In this document: piece by piece, positions 1 through 9,196 of the stretch
Position numbering within the stretch: the stretch's first letter is position 1
How the letters are laid out: every line of letters starts with the position of its first letter
Source of the DNA: an uncultured virus (IMG/VR IMGVR_UViG_3300043105_000062)
Taxonomy: Duplodnaviria > Heunggongvirae > Uroviricota > Caudoviricetes
Strand: one strand, 5' to 3'
DNA: 20,000 bases
Virus record (IMG/VR): IMGVR_UViG_3300043105_000062
Location: 54,427-74,426 of that record
Made by a program: the position numbers and the translations under genes
The notes under the pieces: generated by a model
Told to the model about the DNA's origin: nothing
Seen by the model: only the letters and a program-made list of their open reading frames with translations
Database searches by the model: none

Positions 1-975
1 TTTATTAGTTAAGAAACCACTGTGACTGGATGCAAACGCTGAGATTTTAGCCTTCAGCGATATGAAGCTTCCGAGCACATTGGCCGGCGGTTGAGGCCCC
101 ATCATAGTGGGTGTCATCATCTGTCCGAGATAACCTACTAAATCTGAGAGTATAGAAGCGAGTTGTTGACCCAATACAGCGTCATCAACTCCACTTTCAC
201 TACCTACGTATGTCGTGCCGTCTTTGACCGTTACTGAAGATGAACCCATCTCAATCTTAGCCTGAGAGTTGTCAAGTGTCGCTTTAGCCTTATCATGCTC
301 CAGCACAATGTCTTTAGTAGTCATTGTTGCTGTTGACTTTCCTCCGACATCCGTCTTTGCAAGCACGCCATCTTTAGTTTTACCAAGGCTGTGAGTGACA
401 GTAGCCTCATCTTTATCCTTCTCAGTATTGACGATTGTAACAACAGAGTCTTTAGTATATGCCGTGTTGGTCTGAACGCCTGTTAGCTCAAGCTCATGCA
501 CATCAGGAGCGTTCTCGTCATCAGGCTTGTATTCTTCACGCTCTCTGACACCGATTGAAATATCTTGGTGAGAGTCAAGCTGGATGCAATCGACATGAGA
601 GAACATTGTGACGTATTCGTTACCTGTCTCCGGGTCTTTACTAACAAGCACATCGGAATATAGCTTTGGAATAATTACATAGCCGCTTATATCATTCTGG
701 ATGGCGGTAAGTAAGACTCCCTCATGGTAGCCAATCTTAGCCTCCTCGCTTTCTGAAACCGCCCAATCTGCATATTCCTGCACGTCAATAGTGCCAAACA
801 GTTCATCGCTTTCATCGGTATGCACCTTTGCAACAAAGCCCGTGACCCTGGAAGTGCCACGAACTGCTCCTGTATTGCTATTGACTACACCCTTTAGAGC
901 GATAGCGCGAATTGCCGTGCGTATCATCTCATTAGAAGAATGGTCAGTTAAATGCTTTTTTATTTCGTCACTCAT
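1..975 (-). CDS. Putative baseplate central spike (gpV/Mu gp45-like); 3' end runs off the window
   Basis: Not in the ORF track. Translated by hand from ATG at 975 (MSDEIKKHLTDHSSNEMIRTAIRAIALKG...GQMMTPTMMGPQPPANVLGSFISLKAKISAFASSHSGFLTNK), open for 325 codons to the edge. It follows the hub gene, has a beta-strand-rich middle (KATLDNSQAKIEMGSSSVTVKDG) and a DAVLG...GPQPPAN C-terminus as in spike-type proteins. Confidence 0.7.
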   Translation of the reverse strand, partial: MSDEIKKHLTDHSSNEMIRTAIRAIALKGVVNSNTGAVRGTSRVTGFVAKVHTDESDELFGTIDVQEYADWAVSESEEAKIGYHEGVLLTAIQNDISGYVIIPKLYSDVLVSKDPETGNEYVTMFSHVDCIQLDSHQDISIGVREREEYKPDDENAPDVHELELTGVQTNTAYTKDSVVTIVNTEKDKDEATVTHSLGKTKDGVLAKTDVGGKSTATMTTKDIVLEHDKAKATLDNSQAKIEMGSSSVTVKDGTTYVGSESGVDDAVLGQQLASILSDLVGYLGQMMTPTMMGPQPPANVLGSFISLKAKISAFASSHSGFLTNK

Positions 976-987
976 ATTCTACAGTCC

Positions 988-2481
988 TTAGTTTGAAGTT
1001 TTATTGCCGGCACGACTAATGCAGTACGGCAATGTTATTTTTTGACGAAAGCCATCAACTCCAAAGGTTGTATTGACTTCCTCAACTAAGTATATGCCAT
1101 TTTTACCCGGATAGCGCGTATCTATCAGTTCTACTTGGTCAGCTGTGCTCAAATGCAAATCGCCAAACAATGTGATGGATCCTTCAATGCCGGTCATATT
1201 ATAGCCTTCATAATACTTGATAGCTTCTTCTGCCAATTTCTCAGTAGTGATTGGTCGGGTCTTTGATACAAAAGCAATCTGAGTGTAAAGCTTCATATCG
1301 ACTTTATCGTTGGGCGCATCGGTCAAATATCGTTTGCCCGCCTTCAACGCCTTCTTACTCAGCTTAGTCTCATTTACATAGCGGTAAGCCGGATTGCTGG
1401 ATGACTCTTCCTTTGAGCTATCATACTGAGGGTTCTTGATGATGGTGATGTTGATAAACTTATCGTCAGCATCAATTCCTTTCGCTTGAACAGCCAAAAA
1501 GTCTTTATCTGAAGATGTAAGCGACAGACCATTGCTCGCCACATGATAGTCAAAATGTATTGGCGTAGGAGTAGGGGTCGTTTTTGCTTTGAGCAAAGAA
1601 TCATTGCCGGGATTAGAAAAATATGCCCTACCAATCTGAATCGCCGGCTGACCATTATAATCGCTAACATAACAGAATAAACCATACTTGGCCCATTCAG
1701 TAAGCACATCGGCGACAGTCAAATCGGTACTTAATTCAACTGCACCTAAATCAAAATCCATTTTGGCTGTGTCCGGGTGTAATATCAAGCCTGTATCCTG
1801 GAGTAACTTGTATCGTCCATCCTCGCCAATAAAATCTTTGACTTCACATTTCTTGAGCTTGACTTTAGGGCATGTAATGGTCTTCAAATAGCTGGCAAGA
1901 TTTTCACATTCCAGCTCAATCGGGGTGTCCAAACTTACCTTAGTAATATATCCATCAAACATCAGGCTCATATACTCTTTGCCGTCTGCCTTTTTATGTT
2001 TAAAATTGCTTTGGTAAGACTTACGGGTTTCTTCATCGTTATATATTGTTTTCTGACCTGTATTGTTCGTCTTTGCCATTGCAGCCACTTTGGGGTCTGT
2101 GGTGTACCCAAGATAAATCTTAATACGCTGACCTACACTAAATGTACTGGTGGTAACAGTAGAAGTTTCTGAACTACGATTTTCTTCAACTACACCGCTA
2201 TTCGACAGTGTTACAGTAACAGATTCAAAATCTTTCTGTTGCTCATCAGTGCGCCCTTCAATCGTTTTGCGAAGAATAGTGCCACGAGGAAATCGAACCG
2301 ATGCTGTACCGATGAGTTTTTTATAAGACTCCTCGATCTCCACATGCTCAACCTCACAAATACGCATAATAGAGCCTTGAACATCTCCGTTAGGCTTCTT
2401 TTTATCCTGCGGTTTCCACACTTCAATTAATGAAATCAAAATGTGAAAACCGGGTTGTTTATTAGTATTGAAAACTGCCAT
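988..2481 (-). CDS. Baseplate hub / late control D-like protein (Mu gp44/P2 gpD-like)
   Basis: The start is more likely ATG 2481 (MAVFNTNK), just after the upstream stop at 2486, than 2553. Motifs: IKIYLGY, MFDGYITKVSLDTPIELECEN and C-terminal GSITLFGD...NGIYLVEEVNTTFGVDGFRQKITL. Synteny between DUF6046-like and spike genes fits. Confidence 0.75.
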   Translation of the reverse strand: MAVFNTNKQPGFHILISLIEVWKPQDKKKPNGDVQGSIMRICEVEHVEIEESYKKLIGTASVRFPRGTILRKTIEGRTDEQQKDFESVTVTLSNSGVVEENRSSETSTVTTSTFSVGQRIKIYLGYTTDPKVAAMAKTNNTGQKTIYNDEETRKSYQSNFKHKKADGKEYMSLMFDGYITKVSLDTPIELECENLASYLKTITCPKVKLKKCEVKDFIGEDGRYKLLQDTGLILHPDTAKMDFDLGAVELSTDLTVADVLTEWAKYGLFCYVSDYNGQPAIQIGRAYFSNPGNDSLLKAKTTPTPTPIHFDYHVASNGLSLTSSDKDFLAVQAKGIDADDKFINITIIKNPQYDSSKEESSSNPAYRYVNETKLSKKALKAGKRYLTDAPNDKVDMKLYTQIAFVSKTRPITTEKLAEEAIKYYEGYNMTGIEGSITLFGDLHLSTADQVELIDTRYPGKNGIYLVEEVNTTFGVDGFRQKITLPYCISRAGNKTSN

Positions 2482-2485
2482 AGCA

Positions 2486-3598
2486 TCAAATGTTTGGTAC
2501 AAGTTCATCAAGCCCTGCTGCTGCGACTGAAACTGCTGCATTGGTAGCCGCACTTACAGCGGTACTTGCTGCCATTTGAGCGAGCTTGTTATCAAGAATA
2601 GCTGTGTACCATGTATCCCAACTTGATGATGAGATAACATCGTTAATCGCGGCAATAGTATCACCGCTCAATTTAATCGCATCGTCAGGCTCAACCGCAA
2701 CACACGAAAAGCTATACGGTTGAATATTCTTGTATTGCGGCGAGTCCAATGAAAAATCCTGGATAATAACTTGAGTCACACCAAGAGTTCCAAACGCATA
2801 ACAGTTTACTTTGACAATACCTTGATACTGCATAATTTTCAAGAACCGTTTCACAGCTTCAGTTGGGTACACACCTTCTTCATCAGATACAATCGAACCG
2901 CTAACATTGTACTTCAAATCGCCTCCAGACACAAGTTCTTTACGAGTATAATCTCGTCCTTGAACCTGAGTAAGAACAACGTTTTTGCTGCTGTTCATAG
3001 ACACAGTTGGCGCAAGGTCAATATGAAATACTGTTTTGGTGTTGAAAGTTTCTTTTTTATATGTCTTAGCAACGTGTTCTATTTCATTGCCTGGGTTCCA
3101 CAACTTTTCAAGTGTAGATTTCTTTTTTATCGTATAAGATTCTGTTTCACTACCCCATACTAAATCAGTATAAGATAATTCTTCTTCATCATCATACGAA
3201 AGAATTAGCGCTTCAGGGACTGGAGTGCCATATTTAGTTTTTGCAATCAATTTATGACCTCCCTGACAAGTGATGCTACCAAACCCTTCAGTAGATTTAG
3301 CTCCGTTCTCAATAAGTACTTGACGATTTTCTTCTTGAGCTTTACGTGCCGCTTCTACTTGTTGTTTTGCCACATGCTTCTGATACTTTGGAAGGAGAGA
3401 ATTGAGCTCCCCTTCCAAAGTAGATATAGCAAGCTGCTTGGCAATATGCACCAAGACGCTCTTATATGCAGACTGGGAAACGTATTGCAAGCTCCCGGTC
3501 TTTTGTTGATACCGCCAGTTGAGGCTACTGACAAATTGTGTGGTTGCATTGCCTGCATTGAAAGCTAAATTAGACCACACTCCTCCGAAATAACTCAT
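2486..3598 (-). CDS. DUF6046-like protein (probable tail tube initiator, gpU-like position)
   Basis: 370 aa directly after the tape measure gene. The segment SKNVVLTQVQGRDYTRKELVSGGDLKYNVSGSI resembles the DUF6046 motif of Bacteroidota phages. Confidence 0.65.
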   Translation of the reverse strand: MSYFGGVWSNLAFNAGNATTQFVSSLNWRYQQKTGSLQYVSQSAYKSVLVHIAKQLAISTLEGELNSLLPKYQKHVAKQQVEAARKAQEENRQVLIENGAKSTEGFGSITCQGGHKLIAKTKYGTPVPEALILSYDDEEELSYTDLVWGSETESYTIKKKSTLEKLWNPGNEIEHVAKTYKKETFNTKTVFHIDLAPTVSMNSSKNVVLTQVQGRDYTRKELVSGGDLKYNVSGSIVSDEEGVYPTEAVKRFLKIMQYQGIVKVNCYAFGTLGVTQVIIQDFSLDSPQYKNIQPYSFSCVAVEPDDAIKLSGDTIAAINDVISSSSWDTWYTAILDNKLAQMAASTAVSAATNAAVSVAAAGLDELVPNI

Positions 3599-3602
3599 TT
3601 TA

Positions 3603-6600
3603 TTATGAAGTTGCGAGGTCGTTCAGCATCATGGTTCCGTCAGCGGCGGCCTCATAGAGTGCATAAGCTACCTCTCGTTTAACTCTTTCGATTATTGCGA
3701 CATTCTCGCCCTTAGTCAAGTCGATTGAATCAACATTCATCAAGTTTTGGATATTGATGTTGATTTGCTTTGGTATAGCACGGTTGGTCTGGTGAGACTT
3801 GTAATCTGAAGTGTTAGTGCCATGACCATTACCGTTGGTTCCGGTATGGTTTGTGTCATCATTGTCTCCAGTATTAAAGTTCCTGCCCTTCCAACCTTTT
3901 ACATGACCACCACCTAATGAAACAATATTGCTGGCGCCTTGCAAACTCAAAGTGTTAGGCTTCATATTGTTCATCGACCTATTAAAGGCAGCAGTCAACG
4001 GATTTGTCCTTGTGTTGAGCCAAGAGTTGTTTTGACCCAAGGAGAACACAGGCGTTGTGCCAAAGTTAAAGCCTCCGCTCAACGGTGTGACACCAATGCC
4101 ACCGGTCGCACCTACGCCACCAGTAACACCACCATCACCTGTATATGACGGAGATGGCAAATATGACCCCCATCTTGGCCAGCCAAGCGCCAAATTGCCA
4201 AGATTGAACAAATTATTAGTCAAGCCTGAGAATGTACTGTTCCAGTCTTGTCCTAACGCTCCACTCAACCCCATAATAGAGTTGCCTAAGCCAGTCATCT
4301 GGGTTTGCAGCATCACCAAATTGCCATTCTCATCAATAGCCTCGTATAGCTGAGAAAGTTCATTCCAGCGATATAGCTGACCATTCAAAGTTATTTCTTG
4401 GTTCTGAGCAACATCTATTAACTCATCAGAAGCGCCCATAAACGCTTGCGCTTGAGTGAGCAATGTCTGACAGAAGCCAATCAATGCTGCACCAGCAGGT
4501 TCAGCGGCAGCGCCTGATTTTTGAACCGCATCAATAACTGACTGCATGTTTGAAGCAGCCATCTGAGCAGCTTGTTGTGCATCGTAGTGCTTCGTTTCAC
4601 CTGTCTTTTCATCTTTAATATCAAGCCAAGTGAACGTTCCATCTTTGAAACCATAATGAGAATACCATTCTGCAATATTATTGGGGTCATAGTCTTTCAT
4701 GTTGAGACCTGGCTGATCACCAATAACAAAGCGTAAATAATTCGCCAATGTAGATGCAGTCAATGTATTAGAATCTACTTCGTTTCTAAAGCTGGTAAAC
4801 GCTTCTTGCATCGGCTCCAATATAGCTTGCAGCTGAGTCCACATATACTTACGTGTCTGCTCATCAAGAAGCATACGAGCCATATCCCAGTCAGTATCTT
4901 TAATATCGCTGAGAGAAACAAGATTATTGAGATACTGAGGGTCGTTTGAGTGTATGATTGAATTTATGTAATCGTTGAACTCAGAAGTCGAAGCACCTCT
5001 ATAGCCCATCTTAGCAACATTCATACGCATATTGGCAACTAACTTTTCATAATAGCCCCCAGGAGCCATTAATTCAGCTGTTGCAGCTGCGCTTGCCCAT
5101 GCTGCTTTTAATCCATTGGTAGTTCCATTGCCTGCTCTAATAACTTCTTCGCCATTCTCTCCAGTAACAGTATATACAGACCCGCCCTTACCATTTGACA
5201 CATAGCTGCCTTTAACCTTATCAGCAGTTGTCAAATAATAAGCACCACCAAAATTAACAAGATGCAAATTCGAGCCAAACTTGTCTTGATATATACTATT
5301 AAAACTATCAAGCTGCTTACCGCTCCACATGTCATCAGACTTATCCATCAGCTCTTTGAACACACCGGTAGAAGCCTCCATCGGGTTTTCTCCAGTCTGC
5401 AAGCCAAGTAGCTGAGCGGTTAGCTCAATACGCTTTTCAACAAGGTCGTTTATATCTTTATGCTTGGTATATTGCTGTTCCAGATACTGCATAATAGTGT
5501 TTTCTGAATTAGCAATCGTACCATTCTTGATAACATTCTGCTGAGCAAAGTCTTGCATTTCGCCATATATTTTTTTCGACTCAACCCAGCTACTACGTAA
5601 TGCTGCAAGGCCACCTAAAGCAGCGGCTACGCCAGCTACGCCCCATCCAATAGGACCGCCCATCATAGCAGCTGCACCAGCAACGCCAAACAATGCACCA
5701 GATGCGGTATCCCAACCGTTATCAGCGTCAGCCGCCTTCGACAAGCCATACATCATGGCTGCACTACCGACAAGGTTTCCAGCCATGCTGCCAACTTGGT
5801 TCAAAGCCATACGCTTGCCCATTTTGCCGCCATAACGTTTCTTATAATTAGCAAGAGCGGCAGCATTTTCTTCAGCGGACAATGCAGCATCATAGTGTGG
5901 ACGAGGTATGCTACTTACAGGAGCGCCAAATTTCCAAATAGTTTTACCGCCAATCTGGAATGAGCCTCTACGTAAAGCATCCATCGTATTACTTGAAAAT
6001 CCGGGAGCCCATGAAATAGGCCCATTGTATCTTACAACGCCTGGCGCAACTGTAGTGGCTGTTAATCCGCCCATAGCTTTTACTGCTCTTGTGCCAGCTA
6101 CAGATGCAGATCTGCCAAGCAGCTGGAATGAATTAGCAATACCTGTAATCATATAGCCAACTTTCTTGATACCCAAGAGAGCAAGCATAATACTTCTAAA
6201 TGCTGTAACACCTTTGACAACCGGCCAAATCATTAGCTGGAACTTAGCCCATGCTTTAATGACTCCACCGAACTTATCAAAGAACCATACAAACCATTTT
6301 GAAGCATCAATCATCACATGAACAAACTCCATCATGGTGTCAGACACACGTTTAAATGCAGCAGTAGCTTGGTCTGATTTCAGCCAGTTTATAGCACTAC
6401 TCATTAAGTTGCGCAGCTGCCCTTGTATTCCGCTAAAAGCTGTAACTCCCTTGTCGGTGAACACAGATGTTAATTGCGCCCACAGACCCTGAAGTGTATT
6501 CTTTTTCTCGTCAGCAAGTGAAGAAGACAGCCCTTTAGACAAGTAGTTCTCTAAATATACATCTTCCCACTTACCAACGTGACTCGACAATGCAACAGCA

Positions 6601-7913
6601 CCTGAAGCGGCTGTCTTATGGAATAGTTGATAATATGATGCAACGTCAAGATTGGCGTTATTGAGTTCCTTGAAAATTTCAAGTAATCCTTTTCTTGAAC
6701 CATCAGATTTAAATCGACTAATGCCTATTGCATCCCACGCCTTCTGCTGTTTCTTAGTCGGGTTTACGATATTGGCCATAATGGTACGTAAAGTCGTACC
6801 AGCCTGAGAACCCTTAATACCGGCATCACCTAACACACCAATAGCCGATGTAGCCTCCTCAAAAGGAACATCACCAGCCGATAACAGAGATGCTGCATAT
6901 TTGTAAGCCTCAGCAATTTCTGTCAAAGTGGTATTAGACATGGTAAACGTGTTCGTCATTACATCCGCTGCATTACGCATTTTCTGAGGTGCGATATTAT
7001 AAGCGGTCATAATATTCGTTACCAAATCGGCAGTCTGTCCTAAGTCTGTATCGCCAACAAGCGCAATATCCGCAATAGGTCTGATAGATTGCTTGATAGA
7101 CTCTACGTCAAAGCCAGCCATTGCCAAGAACTTAGCAGCATCAGCAACTTCAGTAACTTTGAATTTAGTCTCCATGCCAACATTACGAATAACGGCACTC
7201 ATATTAGCAAAGCGACCGGTGAAATCCTCATCCGTATCATGCGATTTAAGGATATTCTCAACGGTCTTCATCACGTTATCATATTCGACAGCCTGATCTA
7301 CTACATTTGAAATGAGTGTGCCCATTCCGGCAATACCATAAGCGATACCCATACCCTTCAGCATATCAATCGCCATGCCACCATTATTAGGAAGCGGCGT
7401 AGGGCCCCACAACTTATATCCAAGGTTTGTAGTATTGGCAGCGCTGGGGAATATGCTCCTTGGAGCGGTACGAGCAGTGCGTGAAGCAGCAGCTCTTGTT
7501 GATGTGCGAGAGCGAGACGGGGCGGCAGGCGCAGGTGCAACAGCAGGGGTAGCAGAACTTCCACCACCTCTTGCAGCGGCTCGCTTACTACCTTTGCCCT
7601 TTACGGTCGCACCGCCAAGATAGATACCCATTGCATTGATTCGCTCCAGCTCGCCTCTAACCATTTGTAGAGAGCGTACCAATTTACCAATCTTCTGAGT
7701 GGCAGGGCGAGTATCTACCTTAACAGTATATGGTTTATTAGCCAAGGCACCAAGTGTCTCAATAAGACCACGAGTTTTGGCTTGCAAATCTACAAGCGGT
7801 TTCGTAGCCTTATCCATTGACATCAGCGTCCGCTTAAACGCATTAATCGCGTTTGAGGCAGTCGTCGCATCAACGTTGACTATATAATTGACTTGATATG
7901 TTTGTCCAGCCAT
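3603..7913 (-). CDS. Tail tape measure protein (TP901-family core)
   Basis: 1436 aa, Ala/Gly-rich. PhageMin_Tail-like core (ETKFKVTEVADAAKFLAMAGF...LGDAGIKGSQAGTTLR), hydrophobic segments, and position after the tail chaperone. Confidence 0.95.
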   Translation of the reverse strand: MAGQTYQVNYIVNVDATTASNAINAFKRTLMSMDKATKPLVDLQAKTRGLIETLGALANKPYTVKVDTRPATQKIGKLVRSLQMVRGELERINAMGIYLGGATVKGKGSKRAAARGGGSSATPAVAPAPAAPSRSRTSTRAAASRTARTAPRSIFPSAANTTNLGYKLWGPTPLPNNGGMAIDMLKGMGIAYGIAGMGTLISNVVDQAVEYDNVMKTVENILKSHDTDEDFTGRFANMSAVIRNVGMETKFKVTEVADAAKFLAMAGFDVESIKQSIRPIADIALVGDTDLGQTADLVTNIMTAYNIAPQKMRNAADVMTNTFTMSNTTLTEIAEAYKYAASLLSAGDVPFEEATSAIGVLGDAGIKGSQAGTTLRTIMANIVNPTKKQQKAWDAIGISRFKSDGSRKGLLEIFKELNNANLDVASYYQLFHKTAASGAVALSSHVGKWEDVYLENYLSKGLSSSLADEKKNTLQGLWAQLTSVFTDKGVTAFSGIQGQLRNLMSSAINWLKSDQATAAFKRVSDTMMEFVHVMIDASKWFVWFFDKFGGVIKAWAKFQLMIWPVVKGVTAFRSIMLALLGIKKVGYMITGIANSFQLLGRSASVAGTRAVKAMGGLTATTVAPGVVRYNGPISWAPGFSSNTMDALRRGSFQIGGKTIWKFGAPVSSIPRPHYDAALSAEENAAALANYKKRYGGKMGKRMALNQVGSMAGNLVGSAAMMYGLSKAADADNGWDTASGALFGVAGAAAMMGGPIGWGVAGVAAALGGLAALRSSWVESKKIYGEMQDFAQQNVIKNGTIANSENTIMQYLEQQYTKHKDINDLVEKRIELTAQLLGLQTGENPMEASTGVFKELMDKSDDMWSGKQLDSFNSIYQDKFGSNLHLVNFGGAYYLTTADKVKGSYVSNGKGGSVYTVTGENGEEVIRAGNGTTNGLKAAWASAAATAELMAPGGYYEKLVANMRMNVAKMGYRGASTSEFNDYINSIIHSNDPQYLNNLVSLSDIKDTDWDMARMLLDEQTRKYMWTQLQAILEPMQEAFTSFRNEVDSNTLTASTLANYLRFVIGDQPGLNMKDYDPNNIAEWYSHYGFKDGTFTWLDIKDEKTGETKHYDAQQAAQMAASNMQSVIDAVQKSGAAAEPAGAALIGFCQTLLTQAQAFMGASDELIDVAQNQEITLNGQLYRWNELSQLYEAIDENGNLVMLQTQMTGLGNSIMGLSGALGQDWNSTFSGLTNNLFNLGNLALGWPRWGSYLPSPSYTGDGGVTGGVGATGGIGVTPLSGGFNFGTTPVFSLGQNNSWLNTRTNPLTAAFNRSMNNMKPNTLSLQGASNIVSLGGGHVKGWKGRNFNTGDNDDTNHTGTNGNGHGTNTSDYKSHQTNRAIPKQININIQNLMNVDSIDLTKGENVAIIERVKREVAYALYEAAADGTMMLNDLATS

Positions 7914-7935
7914 AATTTGTATGAGTCTTTTTACA

Positions 7936-7968
7936 AAGAATAGAGATACGAGGAATTACTCGGTTAAA
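7936..7968 (-). promoter_or_regulatory. Putative phage late promoter upstream of the tape measure gene
   Basis: Minus strand TTTAACC (7968-7962), 16-nt spacer, CTCTATTCTT (7945-7936), 22 nt before ATG 7913. Confidence 0.65.
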
Positions 7969-8005
7969 GATAACCCCCAGCTGCACAGAATTTGGCAACT
8001 GGGGG
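7966..8005 (-). terminator. Intrinsic terminator after the chaperone GT frame
   Basis: Minus strand CCCCCAGTTGC / GCAGCTGGGGG stem (8005-7995 with 7984-7974) followed by TTATCTTT. Confidence 0.7.
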
Positions 8006-8022
8006 CATCAACGAGTTATAAG

Positions 8023-8214
8023 TTATAGACCTAAAGCACTTGCCTGTCGCGTGATGACCATTTGACTGTGCATCCACTCAGCGTCGTTAACGAGAATGGC
8101 AAAATCTTCGTCGTCGAGGTCTTCAATATTGACTCCCGGAAAGTAATGTCTTAGGAAAATTATCTTTTGACGAAAGTAATCATCCTCTTTTACTTCCCAG
8201 GCTTCGATAAATTT
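8023..8214 (-). CDS. Tail assembly chaperone 'T' extension, reached by -1 frameshift (GT fusion about 188 aa)
   Basis: The -1 frame is open from the slippery site 8214-8208 to TAA 8025-8023: IEAWEVKEDDYFRQKIIFLRHYFPGVNIEDLDDEDFAILVNDAEWMHSQMVITRQASALGL. There is no Met at its start. Confidence 0.8.
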   Translation of the reverse strand, partial: KFIEAWEVKEDDYFRQKIIFLRHYFPGVNIEDLDDEDFAILVNDAEWMHSQMVITRQASALGL

Positions 8215-8588
8215 ATGACACGGCCACCGCGCATTTTGATGATGTGCTGAAGCTGGCCCATAAGACCGAACAAGAACAATGAGTCATTGTCGATAAGCTC
8301 CTTGTCACCGTCGAGGAAACAGTCCTTAGCGAGCTGACGCATAGCCGACACTTGGTCTTTCTGTGCGAATGTCATGTACTTCGAGAAGGTGGGGAATGAA
8401 GGCTGAGTGAAGTAGCCTACGTAAACCTCTTTCTCGTCGTCACCCTCGCCGAATACGAGCAAGGGGTAAACCTTAGCCTTGGGGTTGGCTTCTTTTAGGT
8501 CGGCAACCTTCTTTTCGATGGTTGCTTGCAATTTCGGATCAAGAGCATCTTCCTGCTCTACGGTCTCAAGATTTTCCTTATCTTCCAT
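8190..8588 (-). CDS. Tail assembly chaperone (gpG-like), 132 aa
   Basis: Lies between tube and tape measure. The start is probably ATG 8588 (MEDKENLE, context CAACAAAATG) rather than 8618. It ends just after the slippery heptamer (…INLSKPGK*). Confidence 0.85.
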   Translation of the reverse strand: MEDKENLETVEQEDALDPKLQATIEKKVADLKEANPKAKVYPLLVFGEGDDEKEVYVGYFTQPSFPTFSKYMTFAQKDQVSAMRQLAKDCFLDGDKELIDNDSLFLFGLMGQLQHIIKMRGGRVINLSKPGK

Positions 8589-8620
8589 TTTGTTGAATAT
8601 ATTAAAGTTTACTTTCACTC

Positions 8621-8654
8621 AAGAATAGAGGAATTAAAGAATGATGAGGTGAAA
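8621..8654 (-). promoter_or_regulatory. Putative phage late promoter upstream of the tail chaperone
   Basis: Minus strand TTTCACC (8654-8648), 17-nt spacer, CTCTATTCTT (8630-8621). Confidence 0.65.
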
Positions 8655-8661
8655 ATATAGC

Positions 8662-8697
8662 AAAGAAAATGCGGCACCGGAATTAACCGATGCCGCA
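8662..8697 (-). terminator. Intrinsic terminator after the tail tube gene
   Basis: Minus strand TGCGGCATCGG-TTAATT-CCGGTGCCGCA followed by TTTTCTTT. Confidence 0.85.
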
Positions 8698-8728
8698 CCG
8701 TTCACTCTAATAAACTCTATGGAAGAAG

Positions 8729-9178
8729 TTATTTAGTGCTGGGGACAATCTTGAACGGGTTGAGTTCAAACTCCTTAGTGATGTTGGTATCGTCCTGAGA
8801 TACCTCCATACCGTCCTCGTTAAAGAGGCAACCCTTCAATGTTACAGTCTCGGTTGAGAAGTCCTGAGTGTTGAACTCATTGGCGAATGAAACTACGAGG
8901 TCAAACTCGCCCAAGTTCATAAGCGAACCTTTCAGTGCGCGAAGCTGAACCTGAGTATTGTAGTCCATTGTAATCTGTGCCGTGTACTCGGTATTACCGA
9001 AACCACGGTTCACAGGTTCACCGCCCAGACCATAGTTAGACTCAACCTTCTTCTTGATGTTCCACTTGATAGCGGTAACACCCTGAAGAATTGTGGGGTT
9101 GGCATTAGCAGAACCAGTCAACGCAGGAGCGGTGAGCTGTACCATTGCCCATGAGTATGCGACGTTATTGATAATCAT
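8729..9178 (-). CDS. Tail tube protein
   Basis: 149 aa directly after the sheath gene. INNVAYSW, NYGLGGEPVNRGFGN and ETVTLKGCLF are typical of contractile-tail tube proteins. Confidence 0.85.
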   Translation of the reverse strand: MIINNVAYSWAMVQLTAPALTGSANANPTILQGVTAIKWNIKKKVESNYGLGGEPVNRGFGNTEYTAQITMDYNTQVQLRALKGSLMNLGEFDLVVSFANEFNTQDFSTETVTLKGCLFNEDGMEVSQDDTNITKEFELNPFKIVPSTK

Positions 9179-9196
9179 ATTCTTATACTATTTTGT

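Noticed and set aside
2482..2553. N-terminal extension of the hub ORF (start 2553); similarly the track starts at 8618, 17112 and 18147
   Set aside because: These overlap upstream genes or promoter elements. The downstream ATGs (2481, 8588, 17169, 18153) have better spacing and context.
2272..2603. Partial late-motif matches CACTATTCTT (2281-2272) and AGCTATTCTT (2603-2594)
   Set aside because: Both lie inside coding sequence, have no upstream (A/C)AC box at 15-17 nt, and are not close to a plausible start. They are explained by the codons T/A-I-L.
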